NCBI GenBank assembly: GCA_964398075.1
Contig: CAYNMA010000002.1
Location: forward strand, 222 to 64,221
Length of the DNA: 64,000 bases
DNA from: an uncultured Bacteroides sp.
Lineage (GTDB): Bacteria; Bacteroidota; Bacteroidia; Bacteroidales; Paludibacteraceae
Direction of reading: 5' to 3'
Of the stretch, positions 27,101 to 36,003 are shown piece by piece (position 1 is the stretch's first letter; every line of letters begins with the position of its first letter). The translations under genes and the position numbers were made by a program. The notes under the pieces were generated by a model. The model was not told the origin of the DNA. It saw nothing but the letters and a program-made list of their open reading frames with translations, and ran no database searches.

Positions 27101-27320
27101 CATCTACTCGCAATCCGAAGTCAGGGAATGTCGAGAAGAAGGTGAGATCGACTTCTCCTATCTTATGTTCGCTGGTGATGTACTTATCCGCCACATTGCG
27201 CACGATAGGGGTTAGACGAGACGGTGTGAATACGAGCCATACTATTACGCAAACCGCTATCAGCAGTACGCCGATGATAGAGCCGAGAGTGATGCCAAAT
27301 ATCTTCCAGAAACGCTTCAT
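24147..27320 (-). CDS. AsmA/TamB-like envelope assembly protein
   Basis: 1057 aa with a single N-terminal TM anchor (ITLGSIIGVLLIAVCVIVWLVF), a long beta-rich body and a Thr-rich internal linker. Confidence 0.75.
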   Translation of the reverse strand: MKRFWKIFGITLGSIIGVLLIAVCVIVWLVFTPSRLTPIVRNVADKYITSEHKIGEVDLTFFSTFPDFGLRVDGLYIINPKEGAQSDTLLAAQEVVAKVNVMAFLNDNRLEVKELLLDDAVANIFIAEDGTTNFDVFAISSDTTSTDTTFSGLPFDELQVSGGKIVGRHISFVDKKDSISAALENTVLTAQAGSWDDVLINLQSDAVSATMGNTQYADSLNVEINLPAAVDLDKMYFNLKKASLRINEFSVQLDGTTEIGDSIALDMNLQAKEWQIKPLLSLLPASITESLKDIDVDGIVSLNADVKGVYADSVMPLVDAQLALEDGEGKYASLPYTLRDISLNALAHIDLNNDNASNVHFNSLKAKTLNTQLEATGDVTQLLGDMMLDLSINADVNLPDVAYFLPDSMNLKGRAKGDIAAKIRLDDLTNMRLEKGHISGDLMLTNIDYQMSGMAAKLPKTHLTLTIPNSHPSKKTVNWLTATLSTDQLDFQMNTPLQASLGKTDLTLEASNILGTNPIWYATVDLKSSESLTASMDSMAATIIAPELKAYAEYNSKDTTAIPVLQAEVAFDDLRGNYTDIQAHLKKSALTASLSPSKKNKTIPRLKATIQTNALNANIGSDMQVKTDAVSIAASARYNKNGENILLQWNPKLDVDLTNGEAHLASLTQTVYIPQISFSYSNKDFNIAQSQIRLGNSDFALSGEVKNIGAWLRKKGDMEGELNFVSDHTDVNELLALCSADSGSEETTTDTTATTQTTETTATTQTTSEANPFLVPLHVNVALNTHIKEAVVFNEVAHNLKGKIYIQDGKLVLEEVGFVCNAAKLQLTAMYRTPRRNHIYVGFDYHMIDVNIEELIHMIPQLDSIVPMLRSFKGAAEFHLAAETYTNAKYELKPSTLRGACSIFGKDLVVMDSKTFSTISKLLLFNKKTENKIDSLSAEITVYKKEIDVYPFCVSMDNYMVALGGRHNLDMTFDYDINVLSPIYLGVNVSGNIDDLHIKLAKCKYAQDFKPFFHKEVDKESANLRKTIRESMRKNVKIQSDESDTTNDTNTTENENK

Positions 27321-27330
27321 ATATCTTGCG

Positions 27331-27753
27331 TTAATTCTTCACTACCTTTTGGAACGATGCTTTTACCGATGGCTGGTCTTTCTCGTAATAAGATAACTCC
27401 GTATCGGTCAGTTTGGTAACGACGTAGGTCTTCGGTATATCTGCACCGCCGTTGTCCATGAGATGTATCTCGGTAAGGTTGGTCTTAACGAGAGCCCACT
27501 TGAACCATCCGTTGCCACCTTCGTTGCTCTTGACATCGGACTCCATGACATCCTCTGCTTCGTCCCACTCGTAACCGAGTTGGTATTCATCGCTCTGACG
27601 AGTGTTGGTGAAACGCACATAGTGTTGTGTGCCGTCCTCTAACCAATAGCCTAATAGGTAGGACTCTTGGAATGTAACTTCTGTTGGGTTACACGAAGCG
27701 AGTGCAATGCCCACGATAGCGCAGAGCGCAATACGAAAGATATTCTTTTTCAT
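27331..27753 (-). CDS. Small lipoprotein, lipocalin-like
   Basis: Lipobox ALASC and the LLGYW motif. 140 aa. Confidence 0.6.
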   Translation of the reverse strand: MKKNIFRIALCAIVGIALASCNPTEVTFQESYLLGYWLEDGTQHYVRFTNTRQSDEYQLGYEWDEAEDVMESDVKSNEGGNGWFKWALVKTNLTEIHLMDNGGADIPKTYVVTKLTDTELSYYEKDQPSVKASFQKVVKN

Positions 27754-27787
27754 TTTTTTCCTATATGTTGTTGTCGTTATGTTGTCG

Positions 27788-30700
27788 TTATGCTTTTTTG
27801 ATTGCGATATTCACTTTATATCCATCCATCTCGATTGATTGTGCATCGGGTAGGGAGTCGACAAGTTTGAGGCTCGTAGCCAGCACTTGCGATGCAATAT
27901 ACTCCCCGCAGTGAGCCACTGCAGCGGCTATCTCGTCGCGTTTCTCTATCTCGATGGCTATACGATCAGTTATCTCCAATCCGGTCGTCTTACGCAGGTT
28001 CTGAATACGGTTAACCAGTTCGCGGGCGATACCTTCTTCGATGAGCGCATCGGTCAGTTCTATGTCGAGCGCAATCGTCAGTATACCGTTGTTAGCCACC
28101 AGCCAACCCGGCATATCCTCCGTGATGATATCCACATCCTCAGCCACCAGATCCACATCGAGCAAACGGAACGTACCGGCTGCCTCGAAGGCTGCAATAT
28201 CGTTCTGACTCATCTGGCCAATAGCCGCAGCCAATTCCTTCATCTTTCCGCCCACTTTCTTACCCAACACCTTGAAGTTCGGCTTTATCTTCTTGACCAA
28301 TTTCACATCCGAGTCCTCTGCACGCACTATCTCCAGTTCCTTCACATTCACTTCGGCCTTGATCAGGTCTTGTACATGAAGCAGTGCTGCGAGTGTATCT
28401 GCATCCGGAGCCGGGATCACGGCCTTTTGCAACGGCTGACGAACATTCTTCTCAGCGCGTTTACGCAGACTGAGAATCATCGACGTAGCCTGTTGCGCCA
28501 GATACATTGAGCGTTCCAAGTCTTTATTTATCAGTGCCTTATCTGCTTTTGGCCAATCGCTCAGGTGTACCGTCTTACCGGTCAAGTCACGATAGAGTCT
28601 GTCGCCAAAGAATGGTGCATTCGGCGCCATCAGTTGTGCAATAGTACATAGACAGGTGTAGAGCGTGCTGTAAGCCGCTTGCTTGTCTGCATCCATCTCA
28701 CCGCCCCAGAAACGCTTACGGTTCAGTCGTACATACCAGTTGCTCAGGTCGTCCTGTACAAAGTCCGATATAGCACGACCGGCTTTTGTCGGCTCATATG
28801 CCTCATAGGCTGCCGTCACGTCCTCTATCAGCGAGTTCAGTCGACTCAGCACCCATTTATCAATCTCTGTGCGCTCGCCTTCGGATGCGTCTGCTGTCCA
28901 GCCGTCCACATTAGCATATAGTGCAAAGAAACTGTATGTATTGTATAGCGTTCCGAAGAACTTCCGTCGGATCTCATCCACACCTTCCGGGTCGAACTTC
29001 AAGTTCTCCCATGGGCTCGAGTTGGTCAGCATATACCAACGCACTGCATCGGCTCCGTACTTATCCAGTGTCGAGAACGGATCAACCGCATTGCCCAGTC
29101 GTTTAGACATCTTGTTGCCGTTCTTATCCAGTACCAATCCGTTGGAAATCACATTCTTATATGCCACTTTGTCCTCTATCATCGTATGGATAGCATGCAG
29201 TGTAAAGAACCATCCACGAGTCTGGTCCACACCTTCCGAGATAAAGTCTGCAGTACGTGGAGCATCTTGATTCTCAAATGGATAGTGATTCTGTGCATAT
29301 GGCATCGCACCCGAGTCGAACCATACGTCTATCAGATCGAGTTCGCGCTTCATCGGTTTGCCGCTCTTCGAGCATAGGATGATGCTGTCCACATAAGGAC
29401 GGTGCAGATCGATCACTGACGGATCGTAGTTCGCTTTCGAGTAGTCGCCCACCACATGTTTCGGCCACGGATTTTCTTTCATAAATCCGGCCTTGATCGA
29501 CTTATCTATCTCTTCAAATAATTCCTTGATCGACCCGATACAGATCTCTTCTTGACCGTCTTCTGTACGCCAGATTGGCAGTGGAGTACCCCAGTAGCGA
29601 GACCGTGACAAGTTCCAGTCGTTCAGGTTCTCAAGCCATTTACCGAAACGGCCCGATCCGGTTGATTCTGGCTGCCAATTAATAGTCTTGTTTAGTCGGA
29701 TCATCTCCTCACGCGCTTTTGTCGAGCGGATAAACCACGAGTCGAGCGGGTAGTATAGCACCGGCTTGTCGGTACGCCAGCAGTGCGGATAGGTATGGAC
29801 ATGCTTCTCAATACGGAATGCCTTGTTGCTCGATTTCAGCACCATGCAGATAGATATATCGAGCGTCTCATCCTTGTCTGTCAATGTCGGATCGTACGCA
29901 TTCTTCACAAATCGACCTTCCCACTGCTTGTATGCTTCCACATCAATATGCTTTGCCACAAAGTCCGGATCCAGATCTTCCAGCAAGAAGAACTTACCCG
30001 TCATATCCACCATCGGTCGTTGTTCACCTTTCTTTGTCAGGAATGTCATACCTGCGATGCCGGCTTTCTTTGCCACGAACGCATCGTCTGCACCGAATGT
30101 CGGTGCGATATGTACAATACCTGTACCATCTTCCGTCGTCACATAGTCTCCGGCTATCACACGGAATGCATCGCCATCGGGCTTTGCCAACGGCATGAGT
30201 TGCTCATATTCGAGCCCTACAAGGTCCGTTCCCTTACCGCGCCATAGGATCTCCGGTGCCTCGCCCAATTCCTTGCTGTACGCACCCAGTCGAGCCTCAG
30301 CCAACAGGTAGAGAGCCTCTATCTTTGTGTACGGATTTTCACCTTTAACTACCACATAATCTATCTTCGGACCCACGCACAGAGCCGTATTGCTTGGCAG
30401 TGTCCACGGTGTCGTCGTCCATGCCAAAGCGTATAAGTCGAGCGTTGAGAGTTGAGCATTGAGAGCAGTTGAGAGTTGCGAATTGAGGGTTTTAACACGG
30501 AACTGCGCGGTGCAGGTGGTATCCTTCACATCGCGGTAGCAACCCGGCTGATTCAACTCGTGTGACGACAGTCCCGTTCCCGCAGCAGGCGAGTACGGTT
30601 GAATGGTGTATCCCTTGTATAGATATCCGTTCTGATAGAGTTGTTTGAGCAGATACCACAATGTCTCGATATACTTGTTATCGTATGTGATATACGGATT

Positions 30701-31138
30701 TTCTAGATCCACCCAATAACCCATCTGCTTTGTCAGGTTTGTCCACTCTTTGGTGTATTTCATCACCTCACGACGGCAGGCAGCATTATACTCATCCACA
30801 CTAATCTTCTTTCCGATATCCTCTTTGGTGATACCCAGCATCTTCTCCACGCCCAATTCCACAGGCAGTCCGTGAGTATCCCATCCAGCCTTACGCTGCA
30901 CCTGATAACCCTGCATCGTCTTGTAACGGCAGAATGTATCCTTGATCGTACGAGCAAGCACATGGTGAATACCTGGCATACCATTTGCCGAAGGAGGACC
31001 CTCGAAAAACAGGAATGCAGGATGTCCAGCACGGGTTTCAATACTTTGATGGAAAAGATCTTCTTTTTCCCAGTCTGCCAGCACCTCGCGGCTCATCTCC
31101 GGCAGATTCAGTTGCTTATACTCTTTGAATTTCTTCAT
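27788..31138 (-). CDS. ileS: Isoleucine--tRNA ligase
   Basis: PSANGMPGIHH (HIGH-type), WTTTPWTLPSN and NKMSKRLGN (KMSKS) motifs. The ATG at 31136-31138 (MKKFKEYKQLNL) is chosen because the track start is a TTG sitting inside the promoter box. Confidence 0.95.
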   Translation of the reverse strand: MKKFKEYKQLNLPEMSREVLADWEKEDLFHQSIETRAGHPAFLFFEGPPSANGMPGIHHVLARTIKDTFCRYKTMQGYQVQRKAGWDTHGLPVELGVEKMLGITKEDIGKKISVDEYNAACRREVMKYTKEWTNLTKQMGYWVDLENPYITYDNKYIETLWYLLKQLYQNGYLYKGYTIQPYSPAAGTGLSSHELNQPGCYRDVKDTTCTAQFRVKTLNSQLSTALNAQLSTLDLYALAWTTTPWTLPSNTALCVGPKIDYVVVKGENPYTKIEALYLLAEARLGAYSKELGEAPEILWRGKGTDLVGLEYEQLMPLAKPDGDAFRVIAGDYVTTEDGTGIVHIAPTFGADDAFVAKKAGIAGMTFLTKKGEQRPMVDMTGKFFLLEDLDPDFVAKHIDVEAYKQWEGRFVKNAYDPTLTDKDETLDISICMVLKSSNKAFRIEKHVHTYPHCWRTDKPVLYYPLDSWFIRSTKAREEMIRLNKTINWQPESTGSGRFGKWLENLNDWNLSRSRYWGTPLPIWRTEDGQEEICIGSIKELFEEIDKSIKAGFMKENPWPKHVVGDYSKANYDPSVIDLHRPYVDSIILCSKSGKPMKRELDLIDVWFDSGAMPYAQNHYPFENQDAPRTADFISEGVDQTRGWFFTLHAIHTMIEDKVAYKNVISNGLVLDKNGNKMSKRLGNAVDPFSTLDKYGADAVRWYMLTNSSPWENLKFDPEGVDEIRRKFFGTLYNTYSFFALYANVDGWTADASEGERTEIDKWVLSRLNSLIEDVTAAYEAYEPTKAGRAISDFVQDDLSNWYVRLNRKRFWGGEMDADKQAAYSTLYTCLCTIAQLMAPNAPFFGDRLYRDLTGKTVHLSDWPKADKALINKDLERSMYLAQQATSMILSLRKRAEKNVRQPLQKAVIPAPDADTLAALLHVQDLIKAEVNVKELEIVRAEDSDVKLVKKIKPNFKVLGKKVGGKMKELAAAIGQMSQNDIAAFEAAGTFRLLDVDLVAEDVDIITEDMPGWLVANNGILTIALDIELTDALIEEGIARELVNRIQNLRKTTGLEITDRIAIEIEKRDEIAAAVAHCGEYIASQVLATSLKLVDSLPDAQSIEMDGYKVNIAIKKA

Positions 31139-31219
31139 AGAAACATATTTTTCGTTGTTTGCGTAGTTTACGTTGTTTTCGTTATTTTGTGTGTTTGGGT
31201 TGACGACACAATTAGCGAG

Positions 31220-31227
31220 CAAAGGTA
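31220..31227 (-). promoter_or_regulatory. -7 box TAccTTTG upstream of ileS
   Basis: The reverse complement of caaaggta, about 82 nt upstream of the chosen ATG. Confidence 0.5.
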
Positions 31228-31381
31228 CTATAAATCATAGAAATGTGCAATAGGTAGATTTTTTTTGTCTTGTACCAAGTTAGTGCGTTAATGTTTCGTT
31301 GCAAAATATTAACAGAATAGGGTATAAAAAGCCCTTTTTTGGGTATAAAGATAGTGTTGTGAAGGTAGCGTGAGGGTAGCC

Positions 31382-31416
31382 TATCCCTCCGTTATCCCTT
31401 CGATATCCCTCCGATA
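31382..31416. repeat. Three tandem 11-mers TATCCCTCCGT / TATCCCTTCGA / TATCCCTCCGA
   Basis: Read directly. The G-rich complement (TCGGAGGGATA) lies on the ileS sense strand. Confidence 0.9.
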
Positions 31417-31662
31417 AAACTGTCTCATCTCCTCGTCTTGGTATTTTTCTATATTACTTTAAGATATGGCGATTCTGGCTTTTACATTTGGCGAAGGAAC
31501 GAGGTTGGTAGTTATGAGAAAGGGTTGGGTAGTTAAGTTGAGTTGGGAAAGAAAGGTGGAATGTCGGTCATATCTCCAGACCGTTACCGGAGCGTTACCC
31601 TACCAAGTAAAACGTATGTAAGAGGTATGAGGTGGTTTTGTATGAATAAAGATCGAAGAGGG

Positions 31663-31695
31663 CAGAAAATGCCTATTTTTTCTTTCCATTTTCTG
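31663..31695 (-). terminator. Hairpin CAGAAAATG-N15-CATTTTCTG downstream of uvrC
   Basis: 9-bp inverted repeat read directly, 36 nt after the uvrC stop. A pyrimidine-rich tract follows in the minus sense. Confidence 0.4.
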
Positions 31696-31730
31696 ACCGA
31701 TTTATCAGCTTTGCTCCAAATTTTCGATTC

Positions 31731-33548
31731 TCAGCGGGATAAATCGGGATGAAAATGTGTGTAAACGATTGACGCTCTGTTGTTTCCGACGATTTCGGCT
31801 ATGCTTGCTAAATCGGTCTCTCTAAGTCGTTTGATGCTCTTGAAGTGGGTTATGAGGGCAGTTTTGGTCTTTGCGCCAATTCCTTTGATTTCATCGAGTT
31901 CGCTTTCCGTTAGGTTCTTGCTTCTTTTCTGTTTATGGAAGGATATGGCAAAACGATGGACTTCGTCTTGTATGCGTGTGAGAAAGAGGAAGAGTTCATC
32001 GGTGGGTTTGATGTCGATCTCGGCGGGAGGGAATCCGTAGAGTAATGCTGAGGTGCGGTGGTGGTTATCTTTGCTGAGGCCAGCGATGGGGATATTGAGT
32101 TGTAGGTCTTGCAGTGCTGCTTGTATGGCGTGCATCTGTCCGATACCACCGTCGGCGATGATGAGGTTGGGTAGTGTTTCATCGTTTTCGATGGTATGGC
32201 TATATTTGCGGAATACGACTTCTTGCATCTGTCCGTAATCGTCGTTTCCATCGGAGTATTTGATGTTGAATTTCTTGTAGTCGCTCTTTAGCGGTTTGCC
32301 CATCTCGAACACTACGCATCCTGCTACGGCATTGCTACCTTGAATGTTGGAATTATCGAAACACTCGATTCGAGCGGGTAGTGTAGGTAGATGGAGTAAG
32401 TCTTGCAGTTTGGTAAGGATACGGATCTGCCGTTGGTCGGGGTTGAGTTTATCTTGTTGTTTTCGACGGTCGACAATATACTGCTTAGCGTTTTGCATGG
32501 CAAGGTCGAGTATCTTCTTTTGGTCGCCTCGTTGTGGTACGGAGTAGTTGATGTTCTGTTCGGCAAAATCGGGGAGGAAAGGAACGATGATGTTCTTGCT
32601 GAGGCTACCTGTAAGGTTACGCAGTTCTTGAATGGCACGACCGAGCGTTTCTTCTTTCTCTTCGATGTAGGTGATGGTTTTATATTCCACGGTGTTGCCT
32701 TGCACGATGGATCCTTTGTGGATCTTGAGCATCGAGACGATGATGGTGTTATCCTCTTGGATGTATCCGAAGACATCGGTGTCTTGGATATTGGTGTTTG
32801 TGATGATGGTCTTACTCTTGAATCGCTCGATGAGTTCGTACTTTTCTTTTAGTTTCTGTGCTTGTTCGAACTGCAGTTGTTCGGCATACACTTTCATCTC
32901 GGCAAACAGTTGTTTGCTTATCTCGTGTGCATCGCCTTGGATGATCTTTCGTATCTCGGAGATATAGGCTTGGTATTGCTCTTTTGTAACGTATCCTTCG
33001 CAGATGCCGCAACATTTATGGATATGGTATTTGAGGCATGTCTTGTACTTCCCTGTTTCGATACCTTTATCATTAAGCGATAGGGTGCAAGTGCGGATAG
33101 GGTAGAGTTGATGAACTAGTTCGAGCACAAGGTCGACGGTATTACCAAAGGAAAAAGGTCCATAGTAGTCTCCAAGAGAAGGGATGATCTTGCGAGTCTT
33201 GAAGACTCGTGGATACTCCTCTCGTGTGATGCAGATAGAAGGGTAGCTCTTACCGTCTTTGAGCAGGATGTTATACTTAGGTTGGTATTTTTTTATCAGG
33301 TTGTTTTCAAGAAAGAAGGCGTCTTGTTCACTTGCGACAACGATGTATTTGATATCTGCAATATTCTCGACAAGGTGTAGCGTCTTGCTTGTTTGATGTT
33401 CTTTCTGGAAATAACTTGATACCCTTCGTTTTAGGTTCTTTGCCTTACCGACATAGATTATCTGTCCGTCCTTATCGAGGTGTTGGTAGACGCCTGGAGA
33501 GGACGGTAGTCCGTTCAGAATAGTTTGTATGTGGTCGCTTATCGTCAT
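31731..33548 (-). CDS. uvrC: Excinuclease ABC subunit C
   Basis: GIY-YIG N-terminus (GVYQHLDKDGQIIYVGKAKNLKRRV) and C-terminal HhH region. 605 aa. Confidence 0.94.
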   Translation of the reverse strand: MTISDHIQTILNGLPSSPGVYQHLDKDGQIIYVGKAKNLKRRVSSYFQKEHQTSKTLHLVENIADIKYIVVASEQDAFFLENNLIKKYQPKYNILLKDGKSYPSICITREEYPRVFKTRKIIPSLGDYYGPFSFGNTVDLVLELVHQLYPIRTCTLSLNDKGIETGKYKTCLKYHIHKCCGICEGYVTKEQYQAYISEIRKIIQGDAHEISKQLFAEMKVYAEQLQFEQAQKLKEKYELIERFKSKTIITNTNIQDTDVFGYIQEDNTIIVSMLKIHKGSIVQGNTVEYKTITYIEEKEETLGRAIQELRNLTGSLSKNIIVPFLPDFAEQNINYSVPQRGDQKKILDLAMQNAKQYIVDRRKQQDKLNPDQRQIRILTKLQDLLHLPTLPARIECFDNSNIQGSNAVAGCVVFEMGKPLKSDYKKFNIKYSDGNDDYGQMQEVVFRKYSHTIENDETLPNLIIADGGIGQMHAIQAALQDLQLNIPIAGLSKDNHHRTSALLYGFPPAEIDIKPTDELFLFLTRIQDEVHRFAISFHKQKRSKNLTESELDEIKGIGAKTKTALITHFKSIKRLRETDLASIAEIVGNNRASIVYTHFHPDLSR

Positions 33549-33568
33549 CTAAAAACAAGGACGACGGT

Positions 33569-34096
33569 TTAATAGTGTATCAATGAATAGACATCGATGT
33601 TAGGTCCTATCAGTTCTCGTCCTTTGAGGTCGTCGAGTTCGATGAGCGTATTGACATATATCTTCTTTACGCCCATTTTCTGCACGAGTCGTATAGCAGC
33701 AGCGATAGTGCCTCCAGTTGCTAACAGATCGTCGTGGATAAGTACAATGTCGTCTTTGTTGACGGCATCGGCATGTATCTCGATGGTGTCTACACCATAT
33801 TCCTTATCGTAACTCTCGGCGATGGTGTTGTAAGGCAGTTTGCCTGGTTTACGGATCGGTACGAATCCGGCATTGAGGTCGAGTGCTGCAATAGAGCCCA
33901 TAATGAAACCTCGTGACTCGATACCTAAGACTTTGGTTATGCCTTTGCCATTGTAATAATCGCCGATGTTACTCTTGAACCATTGTAAGCAACAAGGCTT
34001 TGCAAGGGCTGTGGTGATGTCGTAGAAAAGAATTCCTTTCTTTGGGAAGTCCGGTACTTCGCGGATGCTTCCCTTAATTTGTTGTTCTGTCATCAT
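33569..34096 (-). CDS. apt: Adenine phosphoribosyltransferase
   Basis: FPKKGILFYDIT and the PRPP motif VLIHDDLLATGGT. Confidence 0.93.
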   Translation of the reverse strand: MMTEQQIKGSIREVPDFPKKGILFYDITTALAKPCCLQWFKSNIGDYYNGKGITKVLGIESRGFIMGSIAALDLNAGFVPIRKPGKLPYNTIAESYDKEYGVDTIEIHADAVNKDDIVLIHDDLLATGGTIAAAIRLVQKMGVKKIYVNTLIELDDLKGRELIGPNIDVYSLIHY

Positions 34097-34125
34097 ATAT
34101 GTGTATTATTGTTCCACGTGAAACA

Positions 34126-36000
34126 TTATCGCCCCATGAGTACGAGTAGTACACTGATATCGTTAGGTGATACGCCTGGTATCCGTGCGGCGTCTCCTAT
34201 GGTGGCGGGTTGGATGCGTGTTAGTTTCTGCCGTGCTTCGGTAGAAATGGATGCTATATGCTGATAATCGAAGTTGACTGGGATTTTTACTTCGTCGAGT
34301 CGCTTGGCTTTCTCGGCAGAGAGGCGTTCTCGTTCGATGTAGCCACGATATTTGATATTTATTTCGGTGCTTTCGATTACTTCTTCTTTGATGGTTGTGA
34401 TATGATTGATCGCATCGTTGAGGACGGTAATGTTAGCAGCTAACTCGGGTAGGGTGATGAAAGGTCGTGCGAGGAGTTCGGCTATCTTGCAGCGTTGATG
34501 GATAGGCTGTGAGCCTTTGCTGATGAGATAGTTGTTGATTTCATCGGGCGAAATGGAGGTGTGTTCGATGAATTGTGTTAGGTCTTGTATGTTTTTCTCT
34601 TTGTTGCGATAGAGGTTTATTCGTTCGGCATCGACCAACCCTATCTGGTAGGCTTTCTCGGTGAGTCGTTGGTCGGCATTATCTTGGCGGAGTAGGATAC
34701 GGTATTCAGCTCGAGAGGTGAACATACGGTATGGTTCGTCGACGCCTTTGTTGACCAAATCATCGATGAGTACGCCTATATATGCCTCGTTGCGAGCGAG
34801 GGTGAACGGTTGGCTATTATTGCAAGCAAGGTGTGCATTGATGCCTGCGACGATGCCTTGTCCGGCGGCTTCTTCGTATCCGGTAGTGCCATTGATTTGC
34901 CCCGCGAAGAATAGGTGTGCTATTTGTTTTACCTCGAGTGAGTGGGTTAGTTGGGTAGGGTCGAAAAAGTCGTATTCGATGGCGTAGCCTGGTCTGTACA
35001 TGACTACATCTTCGAGCCCGTGTACGGTTTGCAGGGCTTGCAGTTGTACTTTCCAAGGGAGAGAGGAGGAGAAACCATTGACATAGTATTCGTTGCTATC
35101 GACACCTTCTGGCTCGATGAATAGTTGGTGCGCTTCTTTGTCAGCAAACGTTACGATCTTGGTTTCGATACTGGGGCAGTATCTTGGTCCGATGCTTTTA
35201 ATTTGCCCGTTGAAAAGGGGGCTATCGGCTAAGTTGTCTCTTAGGATTCGGTGCGTTGAGGGGTTGGTGTAGGTTATCCAGCAACTCATCTGCTTGAGTT
35301 GTCGTTGCACGGAGGGTAGGTAGGAGAAATGATGGAAGTCGGAGTCGCCTTTTTGCTCGATCAATTCGTTGAAATGGATACTTCGGGCATCTATACGGCA
35401 GGGTGTGCCGGTCTTCATTCGAGCGGTCGATATGCCTAGGTCGCGGAGTTGTTCGGTGATGCCGAAGGATGCGCTTTCGGATATGCGGCCACCGGATAAC
35501 TGTGTCTTTCCGAAATGGAGTAGTCCGTTGAGGAATGTGCCGTTGGTAAGGACTACTGCGCCAGCCTTAAACTCGATGCCAAGAGCGGTTATGACGCCTT
35601 CTATTCGGTTGTTTTTGATGCTAAGGCGTGTCACTACGTCTTGCCATATATAGAGATTGTCGATATGGCTGAGGCAGTGAATCCACTCTTCGATGAAGCG
35701 TTTGCGGTCGCTTTGCGAACGTGGGCTCCACATAGCCGGTCCTTTGGAAGAGTTAAGCATGCGGAACTGGATGGCACTGCGGTCGGTGACGATACCCATC
35801 ATGCCGCCTAGGGCATCTATTTCTCGTACTATCTGTCCTTTTGCGATGCCTCCAACGGCTGGGTTGCAGCTCATCTGCCCGATCTTATTCATATCCATGG
35901 TGATGAGGAGAGTCTTGCTGCCGAGGTGTGCTGCAGCGCTTGCTGCTTCGCAACCGGCATGCCCAGCGCCAACTACTATAACGTCGTATTCAAATAACAT
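34126..36000 (-). CDS. mnmG: tRNA uridine 5-carboxymethylaminomethyl modification enzyme
   Basis: FAD motif DVIVVGAGHAGCEA. 624 aa with full-length GidA pattern. Confidence 0.95.
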   Translation of the reverse strand: MLFEYDVIVVGAGHAGCEAASAAAHLGSKTLLITMDMNKIGQMSCNPAVGGIAKGQIVREIDALGGMMGIVTDRSAIQFRMLNSSKGPAMWSPRSQSDRKRFIEEWIHCLSHIDNLYIWQDVVTRLSIKNNRIEGVITALGIEFKAGAVVLTNGTFLNGLLHFGKTQLSGGRISESASFGITEQLRDLGISTARMKTGTPCRIDARSIHFNELIEQKGDSDFHHFSYLPSVQRQLKQMSCWITYTNPSTHRILRDNLADSPLFNGQIKSIGPRYCPSIETKIVTFADKEAHQLFIEPEGVDSNEYYVNGFSSSLPWKVQLQALQTVHGLEDVVMYRPGYAIEYDFFDPTQLTHSLEVKQIAHLFFAGQINGTTGYEEAAGQGIVAGINAHLACNNSQPFTLARNEAYIGVLIDDLVNKGVDEPYRMFTSRAEYRILLRQDNADQRLTEKAYQIGLVDAERINLYRNKEKNIQDLTQFIEHTSISPDEINNYLISKGSQPIHQRCKIAELLARPFITLPELAANITVLNDAINHITTIKEEVIESTEINIKYRGYIERERLSAEKAKRLDEVKIPVNFDYQHIASISTEARQKLTRIQPATIGDAARIPGVSPNDISVLLVLMGR

Positions 36001-36003
36001 AGA

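Noticed and set aside
31466-31752. Small plus-strand ORFs in the uvrC-ileS spacer (my own 51-aa ORF at 31466-31621, and the track ORF at 31543-31752)
   Set aside because: There is no promoter box, they lie on the opposite strand to all neighbouring genes, and the translations are featureless. The second one overlaps the uvrC 3' end.
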